Positions 9,356 to 18,892 of a DNA stretch of 64,000 nucleotides are shown here, in pieces. The translations under genes and the position numbers were made by a program. Location of the stretch: contig JAKALN010000001.1 of the NCBI GenBank assembly GCA_021824155.1, positions 64,015-128,014 on the forward strand, read 5' to 3'. The stretch comes from a bacterium. Its GTDB lineage: Bacteria > Patescibacteriota > Microgenomatia > Levybacterales > UBA12049. A model generated the notes under the pieces. It did no database searches, was not told the origin of the DNA, and saw nothing but the letters and a program-made list of their open reading frames with translations. Every line of letters begins with the position of its first letter. The first letter of the stretch is position 1.

Positions 9356-10681
9356 TTAGCTTTTATCACTTGTCGTATCTTTTTCTTTACTCTCTTCTTG
9401 TACAGGTTCTTCTGCTTGGGTTTTTTCATTATTGCTCTTTCCGTCATCCGAAGGATGTGTTTGGTCGTTGACGCTTACTGTTTGAGCGTCACCTGCAGCC
9501 TGCGACTGGCCTTCAGTTTGAACTTCATCCGAAGCAATTGCTTGGTCGCCGGCGCTTGCCTGGGCTTCTTCTGCAGTAGCCTCAACTTTTACTTCTTCTT
9601 CCTGCTCTTTGGCGACTTCGGGTTCCTTGGTTTCCTCTTCTTTCTTTGCTTCTTTTTTAGGTTTTTCTTCTGCTTCTTCCTTAGGCTTTAATCCGGGTTT
9701 TCCTTCTATTTCAATTCTGTAGCCTGTTAATTTCGAAGCCAGCCTTACATTTTGTCCGTCTTTTCCTATTGCCAAAGAAAGCTCTTCTTCCGGAACCGTA
9801 ACTTTTGCTGTTTTCTCTTTTTCGTCAATTTCCACTTTTATGTCTTTTGCCGGCGACAAAGACTGCGCAACATAACTTTTAGGGTCTTCCTGCCATTGGA
9901 TGATGTCTATTTTTTCCAACCCGTTAAACTCCTGGATTATTGCCTGGACTCTTACTCCTTTTTGTCCTACGCAGCTTCCTACAGGGTCAATTCCCGACTG
10001 TGTAGAATAAACGGCAACTTTGCTTCTGTTTCCCGGTTCCCTGACAATCTGTTTTATTTCAACAGAACCCTGGGCAACTTCGGGAACTTCCCTTTTGAAT
10101 AATCCTTCCAAAATCCCGCTGTTTGTCCTTGAAACAATAACTTCTTCCCCTTTTAGCCCTTCTTTAATTTCCGAAAGATAAACAACAAGCCTTTGGTTTA
10201 AATGGTATTTTTCGTTTGGAATTTGTTCGGTTTGGGGCATTATTGCTTCTGTTTTTCCTACATCAACAATAATATTGGGGCCTGCAAATCTTAAAACCAT
10301 TCCGTTTACAATCGTACCCATCCTGAGTTTATAATCAGTAATTATTGCTTCTTTTTCTTTTTCCCTTATCTTTTGAAGTATTACCTGCTTTGCGGTTTGA
10401 GCCGCAATTCTTCCAAATCCGGGAGGAGTAACGTCCTCATCTTTGTGGAAAATTTTTGCTTCCCCCGAATTTGAATCCAATTCCGCCCTATATTCTTCTA
10501 CTTCTATTCCGGGGTGGTCTTTTCTGTATGCTGCCAAAATAGCATTTCTAACCGTTTCCAAAACAACGGCCGCGTCGATGCCTCTTTCCATAGAGACCTG
10601 ATTTAATGCTAATGCAAATTCACTTCTTTGTATCGCCGGCATAATGGGTTTAAGTATACCAGATTTGAATTCAAACCTCAA
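9356..10681 (-). CDS. nusA: Transcription termination/antitermination factor NusA with a ~110-aa acidic/Lys-rich C-terminal tail
   Basis: 441 aa with an N-terminal domain, an S1 domain and two KH domains (…SVEIKQIVREPGNRSKVAV…GVRVQAIIQEFNG…). A low-complexity KE-rich tail follows. The true start may be one of the internal Met codons. Confidence 0.85.
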   Translation of the reverse strand: MRFEFKSGILKPIMPAIQRSEFALALNQVSMERGIDAAVVLETVRNAILAAYRKDHPGIEVEEYRAELDSNSGEAKIFHKDEDVTPPGFGRIAAQTAKQVILQKIREKEKEAIITDYKLRMGTIVNGMVLRFAGPNIIVDVGKTEAIMPQTEQIPNEKYHLNQRLVVYLSEIKEGLKGEEVIVSRTNSGILEGLFKREVPEVAQGSVEIKQIVREPGNRSKVAVYSTQSGIDPVGSCVGQKGVRVQAIIQEFNGLEKIDIIQWQEDPKSYVAQSLSPAKDIKVEIDEKEKTAKVTVPEEELSLAIGKDGQNVRLASKLTGYRIEIEGKPGLKPKEEAEEKPKKEAKKEEETKEPEVAKEQEEEVKVEATAEEAQASAGDQAIASDEVQTEGQSQAAGDAQTVSVNDQTHPSDDGKSNNEKTQAEEPVQEESKEKDTTSDKS

Positions 10682-10701
10682 CGGTTAAGAAACCAATGGA
10701 G

Positions 10702-13068
10702 TTATGAGGTAATTATAATTTCTCCGCTTTCCGATGTGGAAATTGTTATTTTGTCCCCTCTTTTTATTTCATCTTTTAGCATTTTTTGAGCTATTAAATC
10801 TTCTATATTGTCCTGAATAAAACGCCTCAGCGGCCTTGCCCCGAATTCCTTGTCAAAACCCTCTGCCGAAATTTTTTGAATTATTTTATCGTCAAAAACA
10901 GCTTCTATGTCTTTATCTTTAAGCGTTTTTATAACTTCGGTAAGCATAAGTTTTGTGACCTCTAAAATCTGGCTCCCATCGAGCGGTTTGAAGGTAATAA
11001 TATCGTCAAAACGGTTTAAAAGCTCCGGTTTAAAAATCCCCTGTTTCTGAAGATAATCCAAAAGGTTTGTTTTGAATGCTTTATCAATTTTTGTTCCTTT
11101 GCCGACTTCTTCGCGGATAAATTCCGAAGCCCCGTTTGAAGTTGCTATTATGATTGAATTTACAAAAGAAATTGTCCTCCCTTTATTATCGGTAAGCCTG
11201 CCGTCGTCTAGAACCTGAAGGAAAAGGTCCAAAATTTTAGGGTCTGCTTTTTCAAACTCGTCCAAAAGTATTAAAGAAAATGGATTATCGTAAACTTTTT
11301 CTATCTCACCTTTTTCGTCTCCCTCTCCGGGTGCCGAACCCAAAAGCCTTTTAATTCCCTCTTCCCCTTTATATTCGCTCATGTCAAACCTTAGCATTGA
11401 ATTTTCCGATTTAAAATAAATCGCGGAAAGCGCTTTTGCTGTTTCTGTTTTTCCTACACCCGTAGGCCCTAAAAATAGGAATGAAACCGGTTTTCTGCTT
11501 TCGGAAAGCCCTGTTCGCAGTCTTCTTAAGCTTTCCGAAACTGCAGAAACCGCTTCATTTTGGCCGACAATCCTTTTATGCAGTTCTTCTTCCAAATTTA
11601 AAAGCAGTGTTTTTTCCGCTTCTTTGGGGACGCCTACGGGAATTTTTGTTTTTCTTTCTACCTCCGTAACTATATCTTCCGCTTCTACTGTCTTTCTTTT
11701 GGAAAGCCTGACGGAATTTGAAGTGTTATCTAAAAGGTCAACTGCAGACCCCGGCAAAACTTTTTCCCTGCTGTATTTTGAAGAGTAATCGAAAGCCGCA
11801 ATAACCGCCCTGTAAGTTAAGGAAACGTTATATTTTTGTTCAAGTTCAAAAGCTTTCTTAAAAAGCATAAGAAGTACTATGTCTTTTGAAGGCTCATTAA
11901 ATTTTACTATTTCGAAAACATCCAAAAGAGTATTCCTCGGTTCCACAAATTTTTTGTAAACTTCGGGAGTTACACTTCCTAAAACTTTCAGGGCTCCTTT
12001 TTCCAGATAAGGAAGAAGCGCTCCTGAAAGGTCTATGCCAAAAGTTGACCCTCCCAAAATGCTTTGAAATTCCGGAATGTAAATAATAACATCTCCGGCG
12101 TGGGATATTTCTTCTATGACAGCATCCAAACGCTCTTGGAGTTGTCCCTGGTTTTGGGTCCCGGCCAAAAGAGCATCAACCATTAACCGGAAAAGTCTTT
12201 GATGGTAAAGGCTTCCTCCCAGGGTTTTGTCAAAGCTTTCGTAAGCCAGAGCTTCGGCAATTGACTCTTTTCCGCTTCCCGGTTCTCCTACCAAAATTAC
12301 GCTGCTGCCTTTATACATAGCTTCTATCGTTTGCGCTAATTCTTCTTCCCTTCCCAAAAGCATAGGCTTTTTGCTTAAAGCAAGGGGGGTTATGTCGGAC
12401 ATATATTTTTTTGTTTCTATTGTCCATCCGAAAACCCAATCCTCGGCAATTCCCTCGCCCCAGAAATTAACCCGTAAGGGTTTTCTGTTTTCTTCAAATT
12501 TATACCCGGCCCTTGCCCAGTATAAAATTTGCATAAATTCCTCTTTTTTGAGTTTTTTATTAAACAGAAGTTTTGTTTTATCTTCGGAAAGAATAATATA
12601 AGCGGCAAAAATATCCATTGTTGTAATATAATTTCCTTTTAATGTTTTAACTAATTCCAATGCGTATTCGGCCAATTCTTTTTTATCCAAATCTATAAAT
12701 TCAATTTCTTTTTTGGAAATATCGGCCTTTTTAAGCATAAATTCAATTTGAGGTTTTCCGAATAAACTCTTTGTAACATCTTTCGCAGTATTTTTCCCAG
12801 AGAATGCGCTTAATGCGGGAAGAGTAAAAGCATTAAGCGGCTCTTTTGTTTTTAAAACGCTTTCTTTTGGAGATACTTTTGCAACTTTAAACTCGAAAAA
12901 AACTTCGAGCATTACAAATAGAGAAAAAATAAATATGGGGATTTTGGGAAATGAATGGTTTAAAAACTCTACTGTTATAAAAAGGGACAAAAATACAATG
13001 ATTAAAAACCTTAAAATTTTAATACGTAAATTCTCGTAAAAATAATATAGTTTTGCGTATGTTTCCAT
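10702..13068 (-). CDS. Membrane-anchored Clp/Hsp100-family AAA+ protein; D1 domain degenerate, D2 intact
   Basis: 788 aa with two N-terminal TM helices. In D1, Walker A reads GEPGSGKES (T to E), Walker B reads YIPEF (the Asp is lost), and the RRF arginine-finger region reads DVFEIV. D2 is canonical: LGPTGVGKTETAKAL, LILLDEFEKA, GARPLRR. Confidence 0.8.
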   Translation of the reverse strand: METYAKLYYFYENLRIKILRFLIIVFLSLFITVEFLNHSFPKIPIFIFSLFVMLEVFFEFKVAKVSPKESVLKTKEPLNAFTLPALSAFSGKNTAKDVTKSLFGKPQIEFMLKKADISKKEIEFIDLDKKELAEYALELVKTLKGNYITTMDIFAAYIILSEDKTKLLFNKKLKKEEFMQILYWARAGYKFEENRKPLRVNFWGEGIAEDWVFGWTIETKKYMSDITPLALSKKPMLLGREEELAQTIEAMYKGSSVILVGEPGSGKESIAEALAYESFDKTLGGSLYHQRLFRLMVDALLAGTQNQGQLQERLDAVIEEISHAGDVIIYIPEFQSILGGSTFGIDLSGALLPYLEKGALKVLGSVTPEVYKKFVEPRNTLLDVFEIVKFNEPSKDIVLLMLFKKAFELEQKYNVSLTYRAVIAAFDYSSKYSREKVLPGSAVDLLDNTSNSVRLSKRKTVEAEDIVTEVERKTKIPVGVPKEAEKTLLLNLEEELHKRIVGQNEAVSAVSESLRRLRTGLSESRKPVSFLFLGPTGVGKTETAKALSAIYFKSENSMLRFDMSEYKGEEGIKRLLGSAPGEGDEKGEIEKVYDNPFSLILLDEFEKADPKILDLFLQVLDDGRLTDNKGRTISFVNSIIIATSNGASEFIREEVGKGTKIDKAFKTNLLDYLQKQGIFKPELLNRFDDIITFKPLDGSQILEVTKLMLTEVIKTLKDKDIEAVFDDKIIQKISAEGFDKEFGARPLRRFIQDNIEDLIAQKMLKDEIKRGDKITISTSESGEIIITS

Positions 13069-13069
13069 A

Positions 13070-13396
13070 TTAAATAAATAAAATGTAAATTGTTACAAAT
13101 GGCCAGATTATAAAAGCAATAAATACAAAAATTTCAACAAAAAGAAGAAGCATAAAAAGCATCAAATCGGCGATTATCACAAAGCTTTTTATAAAAATTC
13201 CCATTGCCCTTGAAAACCCGATAAGCCCTTTTCTGTATTCATTTTTCCAAGGCTTAAAATATGTTTTTATCAGAAGGGGGAGGGAAAAAAGTTCAAAAAA
13301 TGCTATATTTAACGACTTGAAAAAAGAAATCATGGATAAAGGGGCTTCCAGAAACCAGAATTTTAAAAAGTATAGAGGCAATAAAAATATACTCAT
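13070..13396 (-). CDS. Small polytopic membrane protein of ~4 TM, co-operonic with the membrane Clp-like gene
   Basis: 108 aa and highly hydrophobic. Its stop is 1 nt before the Clp-like ATG. An SD-like GGAAGGG lies 9-12 nt upstream of its ATG. Confidence 0.55.
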   Translation of the reverse strand: MSIFLLPLYFLKFWFLEAPLSMISFFKSLNIAFFELFSLPLLIKTYFKPWKNEYRKGLIGFSRAMGIFIKSFVIIADLMLFMLLLFVEIFVFIAFIIWPFVTIYILFI

Positions 13397-13403
13397 AGAA
13401 CTC

Positions 13404-13463
13404 GCCCTTCCGAAGCTTTATGCGCAGGAGGGCAGTTGCCCCGGTACCGCGTAGGGTACGGGG
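13404..13463 (-). promoter_or_regulatory. Two GC-rich hairpins in the 5' region of the small-membrane/Clp-like operon
   Basis: Hairpin B (13439-13463) is ccccggtacc/ggtacgggg, ~9 bp with a 1-nt bulge and loop gcgtag. Hairpin A (13404-13433) is gcccttcc/ggagggc. In the minus sense, the 3' arm of hairpin A is the SD sequence GGAAGGGC. GC-rich structure stands out in this AT-rich genome. Confidence 0.4.
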
Positions 13464-13501
13464 TTTAATTTAAGTTTAAGTAATTGAAGAAAAAATTGCA
13501 A

Positions 13502-14389
13502 TTATCGAGCGCTTTTTATAAGTTCCTCGACCATCTGATTAAATGTTAATCCTGCGGCTTTTGCCTCTTTAGGAACTAAACTACCTTCCGTCATTCCGGG
13601 AATCGTATTTATTTCCAAAACATAAGGCTTTCCTTTTTTATCGACTATAAAATCCGTCCTTGAGTATGAGCCCAAATCAAAAAACCTGTGAATTTTAAGA
13701 GCAATTTTTTGCACCTCTTTTTTTGATTCCCCGGTTAAAGAAGGCGCATTTGGAATTTCTTTAGTCTCCCCGGAATATTTATTTTTATAGTCAAACCATC
13801 CTTTTTGGGGAGGAACAATTTCCAAAATAGGCAGGGCTCTGTTATTTAATACGGCAGCCGTTACTTCAATTCCGGTAAGATACTGCTCAACAAAAAGGTC
13901 TTTATGTTTAAAAATTTCCTTTTTAAATTTAAGTAGATCCTTTTTTGATTTTAAGATAAAAACCTCCCGAGACGACCCTCCGCTTGAAGTTTTAACAACA
14001 CAAGGGAAACCAAATTTAATTACGTCTTCCGGTTTTTTAATTGGCTTCCACAAAGACGTTAATATTTTATTTTTGTCACAAAATTTTTTAAAAGGGATTT
14101 TGTACCAGGCTTTTTTTAGACCTATGTAATTATTTGTTCCGACCACCCGAATATTTATTTTTGAAATAAATTTGTGAAGAAGTCCTCCTTCCCCTTCCTC
14201 TCCGTGCAAAACAGGAAAAATAACATCAAAATCTTTTGCGATTTTTTTAATGGGCCCGTAACCGTTTTTAAGGTCATAAACTTTTACCTTATGCCCGTTT
14301 TCTTTTAAGGCTTTGGCAACGTTTTTTGCCGACATAAAAGAAATTTTCCGTTCGGAAGAATTACCGCCTGTTAAAATTAAAATCTTCAT
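13502..14389 (-). CDS. ddl: D-alanine--D-alanine ligase
   Basis: 295 aa with an ATP-grasp fold (MKILILTGGNSSERKISFMSAKNV..., EINTIPGMT). Confidence 0.88.
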   Translation of the reverse strand: MKILILTGGNSSERKISFMSAKNVAKALKENGHKVKVYDLKNGYGPIKKIAKDFDVIFPVLHGEEGEGGLLHKFISKINIRVVGTNNYIGLKKAWYKIPFKKFCDKNKILTSLWKPIKKPEDVIKFGFPCVVKTSSGGSSREVFILKSKKDLLKFKKEIFKHKDLFVEQYLTGIEVTAAVLNNRALPILEIVPPQKGWFDYKNKYSGETKEIPNAPSLTGESKKEVQKIALKIHRFFDLGSYSRTDFIVDKKGKPYVLEINTIPGMTEGSLVPKEAKAAGLTFNQMVEELIKSAR

Positions 14390-14430
14390 TTAAGGAGTCA
14401 ATTATAGTACAAATTAAAAAAATATTTCTG

Positions 14431-16299
14431 CTAAGGGTTTGGAGTGCACTTTAAGGGACAAATCTGGATCGAACTTTGTCCCGTAACGCACGAAGGGTCA
14501 AAAACACAGGTATAAGTTGCCGAAGGATTAACCGGAACAGGCGTCGGGGTTGCCTGGTTTGCGGTAATTGTAGGAAAAGGCTGTGAGCTTGGGGCGGGCG
14601 TTGGAGTCGGATTTTCCAAAGGCGCCGGAGTAGGCGTAGGCGTATTTAAAGCCGAAGGGGGAATAGGAAAGTTAATTGTATATCCTATTGTATTTTGGGT
14701 AATAGTAAAACTTTTAGAACCAAAACTCAAATTATAATAAGTACTTTTTGCCGAGATTGAATAGTTTCCTACAGGAAGATTGCCAAAAGTATAATTCCCC
14801 GAAAAATCGGTAACCGATGTGCCCGAATACAAACCGCTAAGATTTACGCTTAAATTCGGAAAAGCAGATTCCCCCGGGTCTTTTTGCCCGTTATTATTCG
14901 AATCTATAAAAGCAGTGCCCGTGACGCTATGGATAATCGGGGCAGGAGTAGGCGTAGGTGTAGGTGTCGGAGTTGGCGAAACGGCAGGGGTAGGCGTTGG
15001 AGTAATGGTTGACTGGGGCCCTCCGGAACAGGGCTTGTAAAAAGGCAGAATATTATTTGTTATCCAGCTCTTTTCAACAGAATCAAACTCGTTTGGCGCG
15101 CAGCCTATCGCGCTCATTATCGTATCGTTTGTTCCTCCGCTTATTAAACTTTTTGTAAAAGACTGGCAGGTTAGCGGAAAAGGGGCATATTGGTTTGTAT
15201 TTGCGCATCCTTTATATATTCCCGTTGACCCTGCGAGAGGCCAAAAGCCTTCACCGGAAGAATTAACCGAACAATTGCTTTGGGGATAACCCGAAGGTAT
15301 TACCGAATAATTTGAGTCGCTTGAAACATATCTGTCCCAAAGGTATCCGATTGCATGGCCTTCAAGTTCGTGTGAAGCGGCGGCAAAAGGTTTTCCTCCG
15401 GTTGGGCCCGGATATACAAAATTCGTATAAATAATAACGTCTCCTCCAACCCCGTTTACTAAACCGGCAAGTCCTCCGTCAACGCTTAGGGCATTGGGGT
15501 TATCTACCAAAACTATGAATTTTTGAGCAGAAGGATAATATCTTAAACCGGAACTTTTTATAGCTGTGAGTTTATTTTCTATGCATGCTTTTATTCCTGA
15601 TGTTGCACAGCCGAAGTTTTGAGAAGAATCAACTTCTTTAAAATCAAAAATACTGGGGTTAACGTTATAAGGAGGGGTTGTATTATATAAATTTTCAAGA
15701 TACGAAACGTCCGTTTTAAACCGGTCTATATTTGTATAATTATCGTTAATAAAAACCGTTGTAACCGGGCCGCATGAGATACTTTTGCTTGCCGCATCGG
15801 CACTTTGGACAAAATTATATGACGTAAGGCCCGGGAGATTAACCTCCAAAACGTTTTTATTATTCCTTAAGATTATCATTTTGGAAGCAGTGTTTTGAAA
15901 AGGAACAAAAATAACGGACTTTGCGTTTTCCGTTAAAGACGAACCGGCGGTGGCATTGGGAAAAAAATCATAAAGTATTTGTTCGGTAATATTTATCTTT
16001 GCGCTGTAAATTACTTTTCCCTTACTATCCAGAACTTCCAGTTTATAAGGAGAGTATAAAGAATTTCTTTGGTCGGGAATATACTGGCCGTTTATTAAAT
16101 TAAGCTTATCCAAAATTAATTTTTGCGAAGTCTGATTATAAGTTAATTCCAGCTGCCAGGTTTTCTCGGTAACCTCTTTTGTTTTAATACTGTTTATTAA
16201 ATATATCCCCGATAAAATGAGAATTATAAGAATTGCCAAAACGGCTATTAAATAATTTTTTTTATTTATTAAAAAGGCCTTGAACTTTTGAAGGTTCAT
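14431..16299 (-). CDS. Exported/anchored surface protein with Pro/Thr linkers and a Cna-B/SdrD-B-like domain
   Basis: 622 aa with an N-terminal TM anchor, PTPTPAVSPTPTPTPTPTPAP linkers, a DSNNNGQKDPGE...GNYTFGNLPVGNYS region and a Cys-rich C-terminus. It overlaps the clpC end by 4 nt. Confidence 0.65.
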   Translation of the reverse strand: MNLQKFKAFLINKKNYLIAVLAILIILILSGIYLINSIKTKEVTEKTWQLELTYNQTSQKLILDKLNLINGQYIPDQRNSLYSPYKLEVLDSKGKVIYSAKINITEQILYDFFPNATAGSSLTENAKSVIFVPFQNTASKMIILRNNKNVLEVNLPGLTSYNFVQSADAASKSISCGPVTTVFINDNYTNIDRFKTDVSYLENLYNTTPPYNVNPSIFDFKEVDSSQNFGCATSGIKACIENKLTAIKSSGLRYYPSAQKFIVLVDNPNALSVDGGLAGLVNGVGGDVIIYTNFVYPGPTGGKPFAAASHELEGHAIGYLWDRYVSSDSNYSVIPSGYPQSNCSVNSSGEGFWPLAGSTGIYKGCANTNQYAPFPLTCQSFTKSLISGGTNDTIMSAIGCAPNEFDSVEKSWITNNILPFYKPCSGGPQSTITPTPTPAVSPTPTPTPTPTPAPIIHSVTGTAFIDSNNNGQKDPGESAFPNLSVNLSGLYSGTSVTDFSGNYTFGNLPVGNYSISAKSTYYNLSFGSKSFTITQNTIGYTINFPIPPSALNTPTPTPAPLENPTPTPAPSSQPFPTITANQATPTPVPVNPSATYTCVFDPSCVTGQSSIQICPLKCTPNP

Positions 16300-18872
16300 A
16301 CGGAAGTTACCGGACTTTGACTGTCTTGCTGCATTTGAGTTCCGTCAGCGCCAACAGAAGGCGGATTTTGAATGTTATTCGGGACCGGATTTTCCCCAAT
16401 TGCGGCAGAAGCGGGACTTACAAAAGGGCCGACTCCGTTTTGGGGAGTCTCCTGCGGTGCAACTTGGACCGATTTTGTAAAAGTGAACTCATCTTTTGTA
16501 CCGTCGTAGTCAACGAGGATTTTATCTCCCTTTGCAAAAGTCTTGTTTATTATTAAAACCGCGATCGGGTTTTCTATTCCCGTTTGTATCAGCCTTCTTA
16601 AGGGTCTTGCTCCAAACTGAGGGTCGTATCCTTCTTTTGAAAGCTGAGCCAAACCGTTTTCGCTTATTTCCAGGTCTATTCCCTGGGAAAGAAGAAGTTT
16701 TCTTGTCGCTTCTATTCCGAGCCTTGCTACTTGTACCATATCTTTTTGGGCAAGGGGTTCAAAAATAACAACTCCGTCAAAACGGTTTAAAAGTTCGGGC
16801 CTGAAAAATTTCCTGAGCTCTCCGACCAGTATTTTTGACAAATCTTCAAATCTCTTTTTATCCAGTTCCTCCGGCGTTTCTCCGGGACTTGGGGTTTGGG
16901 TTTGGGAAAGCTGCTGCTGTATTAAAGCGCTTCCTATATTTGAGGTTGCTATTACAATGGTATTTTTAAATGAAATTGTATTTCCCTTGTTATCCGTAAG
17001 CCTTCCGTCTTCAAGAAGCTGCAAAAGTATATTAAAAACGTCCGGATGGGCTTTTTCAACTTCATCCAGTAAGACTATTGAATAAGGTTTTGTCCTTACC
17101 GCTTCTGTTAATTGTCCTCCTTCTTCGTATCCGACATATCCGGGAGGAGCGCCTATCAGTTTTGCTACTTCGTGTTTTTCCATGTATTCACTCATATCAA
17201 GCCTTATCATCGCTTCCTCTTTACCGAAAAGTATCGATGCCAGCGTTTTTGCCAGTTCTGTTTTACCGACACCTGTAGGTCCCAGAAAAATAAACGAGGC
17301 AATCGGCCTGTTAGCGTTTGAAAGGCCTATTCTCCCCCTTCTTACGGCCTCTGCAACTGTTTTTACCGCCGCCTCCTGGTCTATAAGCCTTTTATGTATT
17401 AAGTCCTCCAGATGAAGAAGTTTTTCGCTTTCGTTTTCGGTTAATTTTGTTATCGGAATCCCTGTCCAGCTGGAAACAATTTTTTGGACATCTTCCTCTC
17501 TTACCTGGTTATCCGCACGTTTTCCGTTTTGTGTTTCTAAACGTACCTCTGCTGCCGCTTCATCTAAAAGATCAACAGCCTTATCGGGTAAATACCTTTC
17601 TCCTATGTACCTTTTTGAGAGTTTTACCGAGGCGGCTACTGCCTCCGGAGTAATTACAACCTTGTGAAAATTTTCATACTTTGGCTTTAAAACATTTAGC
17701 ATTTCTACTGCTGTTTCTTCGCTCGGCTCTTCAACGATAACCGGCTGGAATCTTCTTTCGAATGCTTTGTCTTTTTCAAAATGTTTCCTGTATTCCATAG
17801 TTGTTGTGGTTCCGATTAGCTGAAGTTGTCCCCTTGCCAAAAACGGTTTTATTATGTTTGAAGCGTCTAAAGCCCCTTCCGTATCGCCTGCTCCGATAAG
17901 AGTATGTATTTCGTCTATAAAAAGGACCACGTTTCCTGCCGCCTGGGTCTCTTTGATTACGCTTCTTAGCCTTTCTTCAAATTCACCCCTGTGAGAGGCG
18001 CCGGCAACCATAGAAGATAAATCAAGCTGTATAATTTTTTTGGCAGATAAATCTTTAGGAGCTTTTCCGGTAACTATGCTCTGGGCTAATCCTTCTACAA
18101 TCGCTGTTTTCCCGACACCCGCTTCTCCTATAATAATCGGGTTATTTTTTGTTCTTCTTAAAAGTATGTGAACAACCCTTTCAACTTCCCTGTCTCTTCC
18201 GGTTATAGGGTCCAATCCTCCGTTTTTAGCTTCTTCCGTTAGATCTACTCCGTATGTTTCCAAAGCGGATTTTTTTCCGTAAACAAAATTTGAAGATTTC
18301 GATAACTCGGCTTCTATTTTTTCTTTTTCCAGGCCTTGTGACTGTAAAAGCGAAGCGACTGTTACATTTTGTTCGAAAAGCGCAACTAACAAGTCCTCCG
18401 GGCTTACAAATTCCACTCCTCTTTGTTTTACCATCGAATAAGCTTTTTCAAAAATTTGTTTTGTAATGCCGCTTAAAGTCGGATTACCGTCAAAAGTCCC
18501 AATTTGTTCTTTTGCGCTGATTTCTTTGGACATTGCCGGCACATCAACAGAAAACTTTGATAAAAGGGCAAATATTTCCCCGTCAAATGTAAGTCCTATT
18601 AAAAGCTGTTCCGGTTCGATAAGGCTTTGTCTTATTCTTTTTGCCTCTTTTTCTGCCTGGTTTAATACGGCCGAAGCTCTGCTGTCAAGATGTGAAAGAA
18701 CGGATAAATCCTGTCTTGTAACAGGTTTCATTGAAGACCCGACAAGGTCTGTCTGGGGTATAACAGGTGACGGGATAGGATCGGATACTACGGGAACAAC
18801 AGGTGTATTTTCCGCAGGAGTTTGTTTTTGATCTTCAACATATTTTTTTGTTGTAAATAAATTTCCAAGCAT
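16296..18872 (-). CDS. clpC: ATP-dependent Clp protease ATP-binding subunit ClpC-type; both AAA domains intact
   Basis: 858 aa with Clp-N repeats. D1 has GEAGVGKTAIVEGLA and VLFIDEIHTLIGAG. D2 has LGPTGVGKTELAKTLA, LLDEVEKAH and GARPLRR. Confidence 0.88.
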   Translation of the reverse strand: MLGNLFTTKKYVEDQKQTPAENTPVVPVVSDPIPSPVIPQTDLVGSSMKPVTRQDLSVLSHLDSRASAVLNQAEKEAKRIRQSLIEPEQLLIGLTFDGEIFALLSKFSVDVPAMSKEISAKEQIGTFDGNPTLSGITKQIFEKAYSMVKQRGVEFVSPEDLLVALFEQNVTVASLLQSQGLEKEKIEAELSKSSNFVYGKKSALETYGVDLTEEAKNGGLDPITGRDREVERVVHILLRRTKNNPIIIGEAGVGKTAIVEGLAQSIVTGKAPKDLSAKKIIQLDLSSMVAGASHRGEFEERLRSVIKETQAAGNVVLFIDEIHTLIGAGDTEGALDASNIIKPFLARGQLQLIGTTTTMEYRKHFEKDKAFERRFQPVIVEEPSEETAVEMLNVLKPKYENFHKVVITPEAVAASVKLSKRYIGERYLPDKAVDLLDEAAAEVRLETQNGKRADNQVREEDVQKIVSSWTGIPITKLTENESEKLLHLEDLIHKRLIDQEAAVKTVAEAVRRGRIGLSNANRPIASFIFLGPTGVGKTELAKTLASILFGKEEAMIRLDMSEYMEKHEVAKLIGAPPGYVGYEEGGQLTEAVRTKPYSIVLLDEVEKAHPDVFNILLQLLEDGRLTDNKGNTISFKNTIVIATSNIGSALIQQQLSQTQTPSPGETPEELDKKRFEDLSKILVGELRKFFRPELLNRFDGVVIFEPLAQKDMVQVARLGIEATRKLLLSQGIDLEISENGLAQLSKEGYDPQFGARPLRRLIQTGIENPIAVLIINKTFAKGDKILVDYDGTKDEFTFTKSVQVAPQETPQNGVGPFVSPASAAIGENPVPNNIQNPPSVGADGTQMQQDSQSPVTSV

Positions 18873-18892
18873 AGGCAGTTTTAATAATTATA

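Noticed and set aside
13439-13463. An intrinsic terminator for ddl
   Set aside because: In the minus (ddl) sense, the hairpin is not followed by a U-tract.
13397-13501. A guanidine-II (mini-ykkC) riboswitch or SRP RNA in the GC-rich spacer
   Set aside because: The downstream small 4-TM protein is the right size for an SMR exporter. However, the hairpin loops are CTACGC and a long A-rich loop, not ACGR tetraloops. The protein also lacks the EVxGTxxLK SMR signature. No SRP domain IV motif (GGAAGCAGCC) is present.
14431-16299. A possible zinc-protease motif, HELEGH, in the exported 622-aa protein
   Set aside because: The spacing is HExxxH, not the zincin HExxH, and no downstream third ligand is evident. 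I did not call it a metalloprotease.
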